From contig JAHEDG010000005.1 in assembly GCA_024641335.1 (NCBI GenBank), positions 27,779 to 91,778 of the forward strand: 64,000 nt of DNA, in the 5' to 3' direction. A model generated the notes under the pieces. That model saw only the letters and a list, made by a program, of their open reading frames with translations. It did no database searches and had not been told where the DNA came from. The translations under genes and the position numbers were made by a program. Source of the DNA: Candidatus Zixiibacteriota bacterium (GTDB taxonomy: Bacteria > Zixibacteria > MSB-5A5 > UBA10806). Shown in pieces: positions 10,288 through 19,947 of the stretch (position 1 is its first letter; each line of letters begins with the position of its first letter).

Positions 10288-12222
10288 TTAATCTATCTTC
10301 TTTGATCTGTTCTCTTCGTCAAGCGACATGATAGCCTTCCCTACCTCAATGCTCCCCATGTCTCCTATCTTATGTTTTCGGATCGAAATCGACGCGTCTT
10401 CAGCCTCTTTTTTTCCCACGATAGCCATATAAGGGATTTTCATGTTTTCAGCCTCCCTTATTTTCTTGCCGATTTTCTCGCTGGAACTATCAATACCTAC
10501 CCGGAACCCGGCCTGCCTGAACCGCTCCGCGATAACTCCCGCGTAATCATTAATCTGGTCGGTCACCGGCAAAATACGGATCTGCTCCGGGGCCAGCCAC
10601 AACGGGAAATTCCCGGCATAATGCTCCACCAGCACACCAAAGAAACGCTCCAGAGACCCTAAAAGCGCCCGGTGAATCATGATCGGCTGACGGCGCGAAC
10701 CGTCCTGGTCAATATACTCGATATCGAACCTTTCGGGAAGATTGAAATCCACCTGAATTGTAGTGCATTGCCACGACCTGCCCAGATTATCCTTGATCTT
10801 GATATCGATTTTCGGGCCGTAAAACACACCCTCTCCGGGATCGACCTCATAAGCCAGTTCGGTTGCCTCCAGAGATTCCTTCAATGCATCGGTAGCGGCC
10901 TGCCAGTTCTCCGGAGAGCCGACAAATTTTTCCGGCCGGGTCGAAAGATAAACATCGAAATCCTCGAAGCCGAACGTTTTCAGGAAAAAGAGGTTGAATT
11001 TGATTGTTCTTTCCAACTCCTCGCGAAGCTGTTCGGGTCTGCAGAAAATATGAGCGTCGTCCTGGGTAAATCCCCGCACGCGCATCAGGCCGTGCAGAAC
11101 CCCCGATCGTTCATAACGGTAGACAGTACCCAACTCGGCCCAACGGAACGGCAACTCCCTGTAGCTTCTGGTTCTGGCGCGATAAATTTGAATATGAAAA
11201 GGGCAATTCATCGGTTTTAGCTCATATTCAATATTATCCACGATCATCGGCGAGTACATATTCTCGGAGTAAAAATTGGTGTGTCCCGATTTATTCCAGA
11301 GCTCGAGCTTGGCGATATGAGGCGAATATACGATATCGTAACCGTTTTTCAGATGTTCCTCTTTCCAGAAAGTCTCGATCAAATGCCTGATCAAAGAACC
11401 TTTGGGATGCCACAGCACCAACCCGGAACCTATTGAATCGGCAATGGAGAAAAGATCCAGATCCCGCCCGAGAAAACGATGATCGCGCTTTTTGGCTTCT
11501 TCGATTTTCGCCAGATGCTCATCGAGCAGTTTTTTATCAGGGTAAGATACTCCGTAAATGCGCTGGAGCATCTTGTTCTTCTCGTCTCCGCGCCAGTATG
11601 CCCCGGCAACGGATATCAGCTTGACCGCCTTAATGAAGCTGGTGGACGGCAGATGAGGACCTCTGCACATATCCACGAAATTGCCGTGCCTGTAGAATGA
11701 CAGGTTATTATCCGCCATCTCGGAAGCCATCTCGGCCTTGTATATATCGCCGGCCTTATTAAACTCCTCGATCGCTTTAATCCGGTCTTTTTCATCTCTT
11801 TCGAAGGGCAGATTTTTAGCCGCGATTTCGTACATTTTTTTCTCGATCGACTCGAGATCGGCTTCGGAGAGTTTCTCGGCCATATCAAGATCATAATAAA
11901 ACCGCGATGAAAAATCATCGGGAATGGGGGGGCCAATAGCCAGCCTGGTATCGGGGAAGAGCTCCAGAACCGCCGAGGCCATGAGGTGCGACGACGAATG
12001 CCAGAATACTTCCTGCCCTTCGGGATCGTCGAAAGTCAGTATCTTGACCCGGCTATCAGCGGTTATGGGAAAAGACAGATCGACGACCTTATCATCGACT
12101 TTGGCTGCCAGGGCCTTCTTAGCCAGCGATTTGGAGATCGATTCGGCGATGGCCGCAGGGTTAACCGGGGCCTGATATTCTCTTGCCGAATCGTCCGGAA
12201 ATTTAATTTTGATCATTGCCAT
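10288..12222 (-). CDS. thrS: Threonyl-tRNA synthetase
   Basis: TGS domain, HSSSHLMA, DMCRGPH, AYWRGD, RDHRFLG, KPMNCP, RVRGFTQDDAHIF, HRALLGSLERF. Start placed at MAMIKIK (12222) rather than the ORF-track 12261. Confidence 0.97.
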   Translation of the reverse strand: MAMIKIKFPDDSAREYQAPVNPAAIAESISKSLAKKALAAKVDDKVVDLSFPITADSRVKILTFDDPEGQEVFWHSSSHLMASAVLELFPDTRLAIGPPIPDDFSSRFYYDLDMAEKLSEADLESIEKKMYEIAAKNLPFERDEKDRIKAIEEFNKAGDIYKAEMASEMADNNLSFYRHGNFVDMCRGPHLPSTSFIKAVKLISVAGAYWRGDEKNKMLQRIYGVSYPDKKLLDEHLAKIEEAKKRDHRFLGRDLDLFSIADSIGSGLVLWHPKGSLIRHLIETFWKEEHLKNGYDIVYSPHIAKLELWNKSGHTNFYSENMYSPMIVDNIEYELKPMNCPFHIQIYRARTRSYRELPFRWAELGTVYRYERSGVLHGLMRVRGFTQDDAHIFCRPEQLREELERTIKFNLFFLKTFGFEDFDVYLSTRPEKFVGSPENWQAATDALKESLEATELAYEVDPGEGVFYGPKIDIKIKDNLGRSWQCTTIQVDFNLPERFDIEYIDQDGSRRQPIMIHRALLGSLERFFGVLVEHYAGNFPLWLAPEQIRILPVTDQINDYAGVIAERFRQAGFRVGIDSSSEKIGKKIREAENMKIPYMAIVGKKEAEDASISIRKHKIGDMGSIEVGKAIMSLDEENRSKKID

Positions 12223-12253
12223 AAATAAAACGGACCGCTTCCCATAAGCGGCC
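12223..12253 (-). terminator. Terminator-like hairpin after tRNA-Val, abutting the thrS start
   Basis: GGCCGCTT-ATGGG-AAGCGGTC stem followed by CGTTTTATTT and then ATG. Confidence 0.55.
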
Positions 12254-12299
12254 TTAACCATAAAGCCTCATTCAGGAATACCAGCCGCTCCGAGAATAA

Positions 12300-12376
12300 T
12301 GGTGGGCGATACTGGAATCGAACCAGTGACCCCTTGCATGTCAAGCAAGTACTCTAACCATCTGAGCTAATCGCCC
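12300..12376 (-). tRNA. tRNA-Val(GAC)
   Basis: GGGCGATTAGCTCAGATGGTTAGAGTACTTGCTTGACATGCAAGGGGTCACTGGTTCGATTCCAGTATCGCCCACCA: 7-bp acceptor stem, CTTGC/GCAAG anticodon stem with GAC, GTTCGA T-loop, encoded CCA. Confidence 0.98.
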
Positions 12377-12512
12377 CGTGACCATCAATCGGCATCAAAT
12401 CCTGAAATATCGTTAATTTTTCTAACCTACACTACCTATCCGCAAAACGGGCCGGAACCTGGCCGTCGGCAAGAGAACCTCGCCGCCCGCTCCGCAAAAA
12501 ACAACGTTCGTG

Positions 12513-12541
12513 AATATAGCGTCAACAGTTCCCGCGGGCAA
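12513..12541 (-). promoter_or_regulatory. Sigma70-type promoter for the tRNA-Val/thrS region
   Basis: TTGCCC-N17-TATATT, near-identical to the rpmI promoter. Confidence 0.6.
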
Positions 12542-12591
12542 GCGAAAAATGGAGATATACAATTTCGAATCGTGTTCAGAAATTGGGCTTA

Positions 12592-13491
12592 TCAGCTGGC
12601 CAGTCCCTGGGCCATCTTGACGAAAGTCTCGGCTTTGCCATATTCAGTGCGGAGCTGATCCAGCATCGATTCGCTGGTGGACGAATCGAGATTGAGGGTT
12701 GCCCAGGCAGTATCATAGAATTCGCTGGCGTTGGGGTGTGAAATTTCCTCGGAGATATCCAGTTCGTGGGCCAGGAAGTTAGCCAAATGAATCAAAGAGG
12801 TCTCCGGCTCGTCTTTTAGGGCCGATTGGGTATGATGGTTCAGAATGGCTTTGCAGATATTTTCCGGCAGGTTCCACTTGGCGGCCAGATAGCTGCCCAG
12901 ATCCGCGTGGGAAAATCCCATTACCTCGGATTCGGCAAGATGCTCGGGGATTGTCGGATCGCTGATCAGATAAGTTTTTATTTCCTGATGTTCCCTGGCC
13001 AAATGAGAAATAATAATCAGCTTGCCGATATCATGAAGCAATCCGGCCGAGAATGCCATTTCGGTATCCAGGAGCGACGGTGAGTTCTTCTGCCTGGATA
13101 TAATTTTGGACATAAAAGCCACCGACAATGAATGCCTCCAGAAATTTTCCAGGTAATCCGTATCGAGATTGGAGTTTTTGGAGAAAGTATCGAAGACCGA
13201 CGCCGATATCACCAGAGATTTAACCGCCTCCAAACCTAATATGACTATCGCCTGCTTGACATTGGTAATTGTCCTGGGAATTCCATAAAACGACGAATTA
13301 GTCAGCTTCAGGACCTTGGCCGTCAGAGCCGGGTCTTCGGAGATAATCGAGCCTACTTCATAAGCCGAAGTATTGGGATCGTTGATAACTTTAGTAATCT
13401 GAGTAAAAACAATCGGTGGAGTAGGCAGATTATGAACTTTATCAATAATCAGCTTGAGTTTGTTTTCGCTGGTAGCTGTGGACTGGGTCAT
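12592..13491 (-). CDS. HDOD-domain protein
   Basis: [56 protein letters not shown]. Confidence 0.92.
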   Translation of the reverse strand: MTQSTATSENKLKLIIDKVHNLPTPPIVFTQITKVINDPNTSAYEVGSIISEDPALTAKVLKLTNSSFYGIPRTITNVKQAIVILGLEAVKSLVISASVFDTFSKNSNLDTDYLENFWRHSLSVAFMSKIISRQKNSPSLLDTEMAFSAGLLHDIGKLIIISHLAREHQEIKTYLISDPTIPEHLAESEVMGFSHADLGSYLAAKWNLPENICKAILNHHTQSALKDEPETSLIHLANFLAHELDISEEISHPNASEFYDTAWATLNLDSSTSESMLDQLRTEYGKAETFVKMAQGLAS

Positions 13492-13507
13492 TTTATCTTC
13501 TCATCGC

Positions 13508-13978
13508 TTATTTCAATTTGAATCTCTTTAAAAGAGCTTCAGCCAATTCATCGAGATGATCCGGTTTACTATAATATCCATCGGCGATTTTTTCCCGAAC
13601 CTTTGCCAGTTTTTTCGATCTGTCCTCTGTTTCATCGATTCGAGCAACATCGTTACCGGCAGAAACCGCTAAATTCCCATATCCGGCCGATTTTCCGTCC
13701 AGGCTGATAATAATAGCGTCATGGGCCGATTTCCCCTTATTGTTCCCTCTTGAATTCTTCTGTGAAGCCTGATTTCCCGCCAGTTCGATTCTCTCAATGT
13801 CCTTTTCGAGCCCTTTAGCGGAGGATATCTTATCGGTTTTCGACCGGCCTTGATCCTCTCCGCCGCTCGATATCTCTATTCTATCAGACAAAACTCCTTC
13901 AGTCTTCCTGGTTTTTTCAGGCTTGTATTCCCTATTTATCTCGCCGGGAATCAAAGGCTTCGTACCGCGAATCATCAT
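13508..13978 (-). CDS. flgM: FlgM-like anti-sigma28 factor (long variant)
   Basis: DRIEIS motif and C-terminal R..KLAKVREKIADGYY...LAEALL typical of FlgM; sigma28 promoter directly upstream. Confidence 0.7.
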   Translation of the reverse strand: MMIRGTKPLIPGEINREYKPEKTRKTEGVLSDRIEISSGGEDQGRSKTDKISSAKGLEKDIERIELAGNQASQKNSRGNNKGKSAHDAIIISLDGKSAGYGNLAVSAGNDVARIDETEDRSKKLAKVREKIADGYYSKPDHLDELAEALLKRFKLK

Positions 13979-13998
13979 AATACACTACCTCTTTAGCT

Positions 13999-14026
13999 AT
14001 ATCGGCATCCGATCTTGAAAACTTTA
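13999..14026 (-). promoter_or_regulatory. Sigma28 promoter upstream of the flgM-like gene
   Basis: TAAA(GTTT)-N16-GCCGATAT, matching the sigma28/sigmaD consensus. Confidence 0.85.
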
Positions 14027-14467
14027 GCTCTTCTGATCGAAGAATACCGGCGCTGTAGCGGTATGAAACAGATATCCTTTGATTCTATTCATGGCAACCG
14101 TCTCTCCGAGCTCCAGCCTGATCTTATCTCGGGCTTCGGCCAGATTATCGGCTATCTTTCCCAGAATCGTCTGGTTTCTTCGAGCCAGGTCGTTTATTCT
14201 ATCCGGTACATTATCGAGCCGGTTAACGCGATCGGATGTCCCGGACACTTCCGAGATCTCTCCCGTCGACTCAATCATGGCCATTTCGTAATCCAGGTTC
14301 TTGATCTCGGAAATCACCTTTTCTACCTCGTCGCTCTTTTCATTCAGCTTTTGGAACTCGCCGTCGGCCAGAAGAGATTCCTGCTCCAAAAGGAGTTTTT
14401 CCATGGTTTCGAAAAGAGCCTGTTTGGATCGCATCAAATTTTCATACTTGATTACGGAGCTTCTCAC
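14024..14467 (-). CDS. FliT/FlgN-like helical export chaperone
   Basis: All-helical, EQESLLADGEF...I..LD pattern, ends GY...PVFFDQKS; third gene of fliD-fliS-X. Confidence 0.6.
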   Translation of the reverse strand: MRSSVIKYENLMRSKQALFETMEKLLLEQESLLADGEFQKLNEKSDEVEKVISEIKNLDYEMAMIESTGEISEVSGTSDRVNRLDNVPDRINDLARRNQTILGKIADNLAEARDKIRLELGETVAMNRIKGYLFHTATAPVFFDQKS

Positions 14468-14898
14468 TATGCCTCCACAGAGATAAAACTATCGGTTTTG
14501 TTCCCCCCGCCGGGATTCTCCCCGGGCTCCTGCTCATATTTCATTTCCATCCAGGCTTCTTTGATCTCATTGATCAGAGGAACAATATCATCGAGTTCCC
14601 TGGTTTCTTTGGTCACGTTGGCCACGGTAATTTTCTCGATGAAGAAGGAATATAGGGCCGATAGTTTGAGAGCGAATTCACCGCCCGCCTCCAGGTTGAG
14701 AGTGGAGATCAGATGGATAAATATCTGTCTGGCTCTATCCAGTTTCTCGTGCGTGCCCACCACGTTTCCGGCTTTGATTGTTTCTCTGCTTTCTTCTATC
14801 GAGGCCAGCGCCGAATCATATAGAAATATGATCAGCTCCTGCTGGTTCATATCGGTGATTTTCATCTTTCGGTAGACATTCAATCCTCTGTTGGACAT
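14467..14898 (-). CDS. fliS: Flagellin chaperone FliS
   Basis: YRKMKI...QELIIFLYD, RARQIFIHLISTLNLEAGGEFALKLSALY, EIKEAW. Start set at MSNRG. Confidence 0.92.
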   Translation of the reverse strand: MSNRGLNVYRKMKITDMNQQELIIFLYDSALASIEESRETIKAGNVVGTHEKLDRARQIFIHLISTLNLEAGGEFALKLSALYSFFIEKITVANVTKETRELDDIVPLINEIKEAWMEMKYEQEPGENPGGGNKTDSFISVEA

Positions 14899-14954
14899 TT
14901 TCCATCCCTTATTTAGATTGTTGCTCGAAAATACCAACGACCCGCTGGTTATTA

Positions 14955-17267
14955 TTAAAGGCCGTTTGAGGGCAAACTGGCTATAGCTGAAGTAAGGTAG
15001 GTCTGCTGGCTCTGAATCTTGCCCATCGCTTCTTCCATCGCCAAAAACTGCAGGTAGAGACTCTCCCTTTTTTTCTCCAGCTGTTCCTGCATTCTGACCA
15101 ATTGATCTTTTATATTATCTATCTGTTTCTCTATGCCCCTGGTTCTGTAACTCAAAATGCCCGAATTTGCGTCGGTATAACGGTTTATTTTTTCGTCGAG
15201 AAGCGAAGCTATTCCTTTTGTCAGGAACACTTTGCCCTCTGCCCCATCGACCACCTGATCTGACGTCAGATTAATTTTCAACTTCAGGCCGGCCGTGTTC
15301 TCATTTTCATCATCACCTGTCAGTATCTGTCCCACTCCCTTGGCGGTTTCGCCGTTAATCGTCCCCTCGATGTCGACACCGCTGGTTGATACGCCACCGT
15401 CGAAACCCAGAATAGCGTGGGCGCTGGAGGTCGGCTCCAGGCCGATCTCTACCCTGGAATTGGAACCCCATAATGTGGAATTTATGGTGAAATGACCGCT
15501 AACGCCTTCATCCACCCAAACCACCTCGACCTCATTGCCTCCGAGATCGTTATTGGAGTTGATTTTATCCTGGATCTCCTGGGCCAGTTCCGCGCCGGAA
15601 GTGTAAGTCTTTGCCGTTAACGATATAGACCCGGACTGTGCCCCGTTGACTTTTATCCGAATATTGTTATTACCGCTATTTAGAACCAGGTTTTCCGTGC
15701 TGGGATTAGTTATCGATCCGGTGCTGAATATTCCATGAGTAGCGGCCTGTGTGACATCAACGTCATACCCCGATGTTGACGGAACCGTTTTGGCCCCTGA
15801 GGCAAGGAAAGTTATGTAACCGCTGTCGGAAGAGCCTGAAGCCAGGAACAGCTTCTTGATACCCTCGGGATCCTCGCTTAATTTCTGGTTCAGGACTGTA
15901 TTGTCAACTTTCAATTTACCGTAAATATCAAATTTGATTCCGATATCGGACAATTTGGTCAAGCCACCGGTCAGACCTTTGATTTTTTGGGTAATTGCCA
16001 AACGAACATCCGATAACATTGATACCAGAGATGTTTCTCCAAGAAGAACTCCGGCTTGCTTGGTTTTGGAATCGAACTTCATCTGATCTTCGACAAACTC
16101 CGCGAACTCATTGTATTTGGTTACGAATTCGCTGATAGTCGAAGTTATGCTGGAGGTGTTCTGCTGAACCGAAATACTCACCGGAGTGGCCGAGGTCTTT
16201 TTCAGATTTAGAGTTACACCATCAATCAAGCCGGTCACCGTATTTGTGCTTGAAGTCACGCTGATGGGCGATCCGCTGTTGCCGGAGGAGCCGAGCCTGA
16301 TTATAGCGTCCTGCCCCTGCTGCAGAGTAGGAGCCATAGCCTGGACCTGGAACGTATCCCCGGCGACCAAATCGCCGGCGCCGAACGATAATGTCAGTCC
16401 GTCCGAACCGGTTCCGGACAAAGCGACCTCGGTTAGAGCCGAGTCTACTGTAATAGTCCCGGAATTGGTTCCGTCGCTCCAGTTGATATCTATGGAACCG
16501 CCGCCGACAGTCTGTGTACCGGAACCGCCTACGGTAAAAGTGTAAACTTTATTGGCGCTGCCGGTATAATCGGCTGAGGAACCGAGAACCGCGCTGGATG
16601 TCGATTCGGCAGACCAGCGCATTGTTTCCGGAGAATCGAAGTAGTTGTCGATAAAATCGGGAGGTTCTCCGCCGACCAGGCTGGAGGTAAACGTAATCTC
16701 GCTTTCGGCCCCGGTTTCATTTGATGTCAGAATCAGACGGTACGGATTGTTTGAAGATCCGTCATTGATAATAGCGGCCGATACACCGGCATCGGAATCG
16801 TTGATAGCATATTTCAGCGCCGAAAGGCTGTTGCTGCCGGCTTCCAACGTAATTGTGATCGGGGACGAATTACCGACCTGTATCTCAATGGTTCCCTCCC
16901 CGACAATGTCATTCACGCTGGAGTATCCCTGACTGGCGATCTGATGATTCTGGGCCAGCTGATCGACCGAGAGAAGATAAGTGCCTGTCGCTGAACTGCC
17001 GGTAGAAGACGCCGCGATTACCGTATCGTCAGACGATGTGACTGATATGGAATCCCAGATGGATGATTTGGAGAGGACATCCGACTGAGTTTTAAATGCC
17101 AGTAAAAATGAATTTATCGATTGCCATGAAGTTACTTTCTGAGTGTATTCCGCCTGGCGGGCCAGATACACATCCATCTTCCTGGCTTCGGATTTCATTA
17201 CATTTTCGATGATACCCGTGGTATCCATCCCGGAGAAGATACCGTCTATTCTTCCGAACATTCCCAT
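14955..17267 (-). CDS. fliD: Flagellar filament cap protein (large, 770 aa)
   Basis: GIFSGMDT..II..VM..E, VDQLAQ, YRLILTSNETG, SSTNTVTGLIDGVTLNL, FVTKYN, C-terminal QFLAME. Confidence 0.95.
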   Translation of the reverse strand: MGMFGRIDGIFSGMDTTGIIENVMKSEARKMDVYLARQAEYTQKVTSWQSINSFLLAFKTQSDVLSKSSIWDSISVTSSDDTVIAASSTGSSATGTYLLSVDQLAQNHQIASQGYSSVNDIVGEGTIEIQVGNSSPITITLEAGSNSLSALKYAINDSDAGVSAAIINDGSSNNPYRLILTSNETGAESEITFTSSLVGGEPPDFIDNYFDSPETMRWSAESTSSAVLGSSADYTGSANKVYTFTVGGSGTQTVGGGSIDINWSDGTNSGTITVDSALTEVALSGTGSDGLTLSFGAGDLVAGDTFQVQAMAPTLQQGQDAIIRLGSSGNSGSPISVTSSTNTVTGLIDGVTLNLKKTSATPVSISVQQNTSSITSTISEFVTKYNEFAEFVEDQMKFDSKTKQAGVLLGETSLVSMLSDVRLAITQKIKGLTGGLTKLSDIGIKFDIYGKLKVDNTVLNQKLSEDPEGIKKLFLASGSSDSGYITFLASGAKTVPSTSGYDVDVTQAATHGIFSTGSITNPSTENLVLNSGNNNIRIKVNGAQSGSISLTAKTYTSGAELAQEIQDKINSNNDLGGNEVEVVWVDEGVSGHFTINSTLWGSNSRVEIGLEPTSSAHAILGFDGGVSTSGVDIEGTINGETAKGVGQILTGDDENENTAGLKLKINLTSDQVVDGAEGKVFLTKGIASLLDEKINRYTDANSGILSYRTRGIEKQIDNIKDQLVRMQEQLEKKRESLYLQFLAMEEAMGKIQSQQTYLTSAIASLPSNGL

Positions 17268-17363
17268 TTTAAAAACCTCCTGAAAATCCCCCGGGACATT
17301 TTCCCCTATGGTTTGATCCCGCCTGATATTTATACAGAAGACGGAATCCGTCCCTCGATAATA

Positions 17364-17390
17364 TTATCGGTATATTTCCGAATCTGTTTA
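17364..17390 (-). promoter_or_regulatory. Sigma28 promoter of the fliD-fliS operon
   Basis: TAAA-N15-ACCGATAA. Confidence 0.75.
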
Positions 17391-17466
17391 GCATGAGAAA
17401 CATGGAGTAAGAACAATTTACTCCCGGGGAAGCCTTTTCAGAGAAATCAGTTATTTTTTAACCAAT

Positions 17467-17498
17467 AAAAAAGGGGGATGGCTCGTTCCATCCCCCTT
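17467..17498 (-). terminator. Rho-independent terminator of fliC
   Basis: AAGGGGGATGG-AACGAG-CCATCCCCCTT followed by TTTTA, 17 nt after the stop. Confidence 0.9.
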
Positions 17499-17515
17499 CC
17501 ATCAAAGAGATTGAA

Positions 17516-19750
17516 TTATCTGAACAACGAGAGTATGACCTGAGGAATCTGGTTGGCTTGAGCCAACATGGCCGTACCGGCCTGCATCAGGATCTGATGC
17601 TTCACGAAGGTTGACATCTCCTTAGCCATATCGGTATCACGGATATTCGATTCGGAAGCGGTCAGGTTCTGAGCCGCGATCCTGAGGTTGGTCAGGTTCG
17701 ACTGCAGAGTGTTCTTCTGGAACGATCCGAGTTTACCGCGAATATTGGTGACTTCGTTGATGGCCTGGTCGATGATCTTCTGTGTATCCTGAGCGCCCTG
17801 CGACGTGGTAACGTCGATGTCGGCCAGACTCGAGAACGTAACGTTATCGAGACCGGTGCCCAGATACGAGGCCGAAAGATTATCGATACCGATTTTAGCC
17901 GTCTGTCCCACGTTAGCGCCGATCTGGAAGACCAGGCTTCTGTCGGTGACATAAAGCTGCTCGGTGCCGCCGTCTGATTTCAAAGAATAACGCACTTTGA
18001 GATATTGATCTCTCTGGGCGTTGAAGACTGTGGCTTCTTTGCCGGCCACTACGGTGGTCTCCTGACCGCCATCCAGTCTCACGGCATAGGTTCTGGCTTT
18101 GACGCTCAACAGCATGTTACCGATGTTAATTCCGCCGTTGGTTTTGGCCATGGCCACGTCCAAAGTTATGGAACCGCGAGCTTCGGCATCCTGGCTGGAA
18201 TAGAATGTCTTGGAATCGCTGGTGTATTCGGCAGTGAAGTAATAACGAACGTCGTCAACGTTATTGTTGTAACCGTCGAGCCGAACTATGGCGTCCAAAC
18301 CCTTGTTGGCGGTCTGGTCAACGGACAATCCGATAGCGTTGAAAAGCGCGGTAGCCGTACCACCGGTGGTTTCGACTTTCAGCGAGTACTTGGAGCCTTC
18401 ATCCATGGTGTAGAGTTTCAGTTTCTGGAATCCGCCCTGGGTAACCACTGTCGCAAATACTCTCGACGTGGTGCCGTCGCCGACATCCCCGAAGCTGGCG
18501 AGCAGCTGGGTGTTAATGGAAGCCACTAAAGCCGAAAGAGTGGAGTATGTGCTATTGCCGACTTCGAATGTTCTGGTGGCTGAAACCGCCGCAATCTGGG
18601 CGCCGGTAGCGTATTCAGCGGTAATGCTCAGGAAGCTGCTGGAAACGCCGCGGTCGTTCTGGCTGGCCAAACTGCCGAGGCTGGTCTGGACGGTAGCATT
18701 GGTAGCTGTGATCGAACCGACTGCTATCGAATAGTTCGTGCCAACGTTGGTTGACTTGATAGCGATCGAATCGGGAGCTCCGACATCGGCCGAAGCCTGC
18801 ATCTTACCGGCCAGGTAAGTGTTGGCGTTGATGGCCGCGTTCAGCTTGGCAACAATATTGGCTGCCAGGTCACCTGTAGCTACGCCGGTATCGGTCCGGA
18901 TTGTCAGGGACTGCATACCAACAGCATTGGTGCCGGCTTCCTGGAAATTAAGCTGGAAGGTGATGGTGAACTGCTGGGCAGCCGCCAGAGAGTCAAAGTT
19001 TGTGACCGCACGGACCTTAGCCTCGCGGACACTGGCTTGGGTGCTATTGACCTTGATTCCATTGCCCCAGGCATCCAGAGCGCTGACCGCGGTACCGACT
19101 TTGGCGGCTCCTGACGAAGCCTGGATGACGTCGATATTATGAACGCCATCGGAAAGGTTATAGGGACCGGTCGGATTGGTCAGGCCGAAACTGGTAACGT
19201 CCAGAGTGGCTTCGGATTCGGTCAACAAAACGCTGGAAACACTGTGAGAACCCTCGGCAAGAGAGGATTCACCGATTCTCAATCCGGAGACATTGCTGGT
19301 GGTTATGGCGGCAACGTTGGCAGCCGAACCATCAATCAACTTCTTGGTTCCAAATTGAGTATTGGCCGCGATTCTATCGATGGTACGAATCGCGTTTGTA
19401 ATTTCAGCCTGGTCGGCAGCCAACTGGTTCTCGTCGTTAACGCCTTCGTTAGCGGCGTGAATAGCCAGTTCTCTCATACCAACCAAAAGATTGTTAATCT
19501 CGTTGAGGGCGCCTTCCGCGGTCTGGATCATGTTGATCGAAGCCTCGGAGTTCTGTACCGCGCGATTTAACGCCGCGATTTGAGCGCGAAACTGCTCTGA
19601 AATTACCAATCCGGCCGGATCGTCGGCTGCTCTGTTTACTCTGAAACCGGATGACAGCTTCTCCATTGTCGAAGACATCGAACCGGTCGTAACCGTCAGG
19701 TTTCTCCAGGCATCCAACGCCGTAATGTTGTGGTTAATTCTTAACGCCAT
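17516..19750 (-). CDS. fliC: Flagellin (744 aa, large variable region)
   Basis: MALRINHN, EKLSSGFRVNRAADDPAGL, IQTAEGAL, FQIGANVGQ, NLTASESNIRDTDMAKEM, AMLAQANQIPQ. Confidence 0.98.
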   Translation of the reverse strand: MALRINHNITALDAWRNLTVTTGSMSSTMEKLSSGFRVNRAADDPAGLVISEQFRAQIAALNRAVQNSEASINMIQTAEGALNEINNLLVGMRELAIHAANEGVNDENQLAADQAEITNAIRTIDRIAANTQFGTKKLIDGSAANVAAITTSNVSGLRIGESSLAEGSHSVSSVLLTESEATLDVTSFGLTNPTGPYNLSDGVHNIDVIQASSGAAKVGTAVSALDAWGNGIKVNSTQASVREAKVRAVTNFDSLAAAQQFTITFQLNFQEAGTNAVGMQSLTIRTDTGVATGDLAANIVAKLNAAINANTYLAGKMQASADVGAPDSIAIKSTNVGTNYSIAVGSITATNATVQTSLGSLASQNDRGVSSSFLSITAEYATGAQIAAVSATRTFEVGNSTYSTLSALVASINTQLLASFGDVGDGTTSRVFATVVTQGGFQKLKLYTMDEGSKYSLKVETTGGTATALFNAIGLSVDQTANKGLDAIVRLDGYNNNVDDVRYYFTAEYTSDSKTFYSSQDAEARGSITLDVAMAKTNGGINIGNMLLSVKARTYAVRLDGGQETTVVAGKEATVFNAQRDQYLKVRYSLKSDGGTEQLYVTDRSLVFQIGANVGQTAKIGIDNLSASYLGTGLDNVTFSSLADIDVTTSQGAQDTQKIIDQAINEVTNIRGKLGSFQKNTLQSNLTNLRIAAQNLTASESNIRDTDMAKEMSTFVKHQILMQAGTAMLAQANQIPQVILSLFR

Positions 19751-19756
19751 TTAACT

Positions 19757-19850
19757 TCCTCCTTGAATTTGTGCTAACGTTCCTTTGTCAGCATTGTTTA
19801 TGGTTAGTGCGATAAATTATCTTTGGTAATGCACCTCCTTATGGAATTAC
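19757..19850 (-). promoter_or_regulatory. CsrA-binding sites in the fliC 5' leader
   Basis: Three AAGGA motifs: in the loop of GTAAT..ATTAC (19826-19850), in the loop of TGCTGAC-AAAGGAAC-GTTAGCA (19772-19793), and overlapping the SD (AAGGAGGA). Confidence 0.8.
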
Positions 19851-19889
19851 AGCTAATTCAATCGCTTTAATCTCTTTTCACTGGCTATA

Positions 19890-19917
19890 TGATCGACAGA
19901 AAAAGAATAGCTCTTTA
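19890..19917 (-). promoter_or_regulatory. Sigma28 promoter of fliC
   Basis: TAAA-N16-GTCGATCA. Confidence 0.7.
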
Positions 19918-19947
19918 GTTTATAACGTTTTTTTTTGAAACAGTCGG

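Noticed and set aside
12300..12592. tRNA-Val as the integration site of a flagellar genomic island
   Set aside because: The cluster lies 5' of the tRNA, and no integrase or duplicated tRNA end was seen.
14015..14875. Long plus-strand ORFs in the track (for example 14015-14875, 2466-3254, 45080-45763, 34771-35403)
   Set aside because: They are antisense shadows of well-supported minus-strand genes and have no recognisable motifs.
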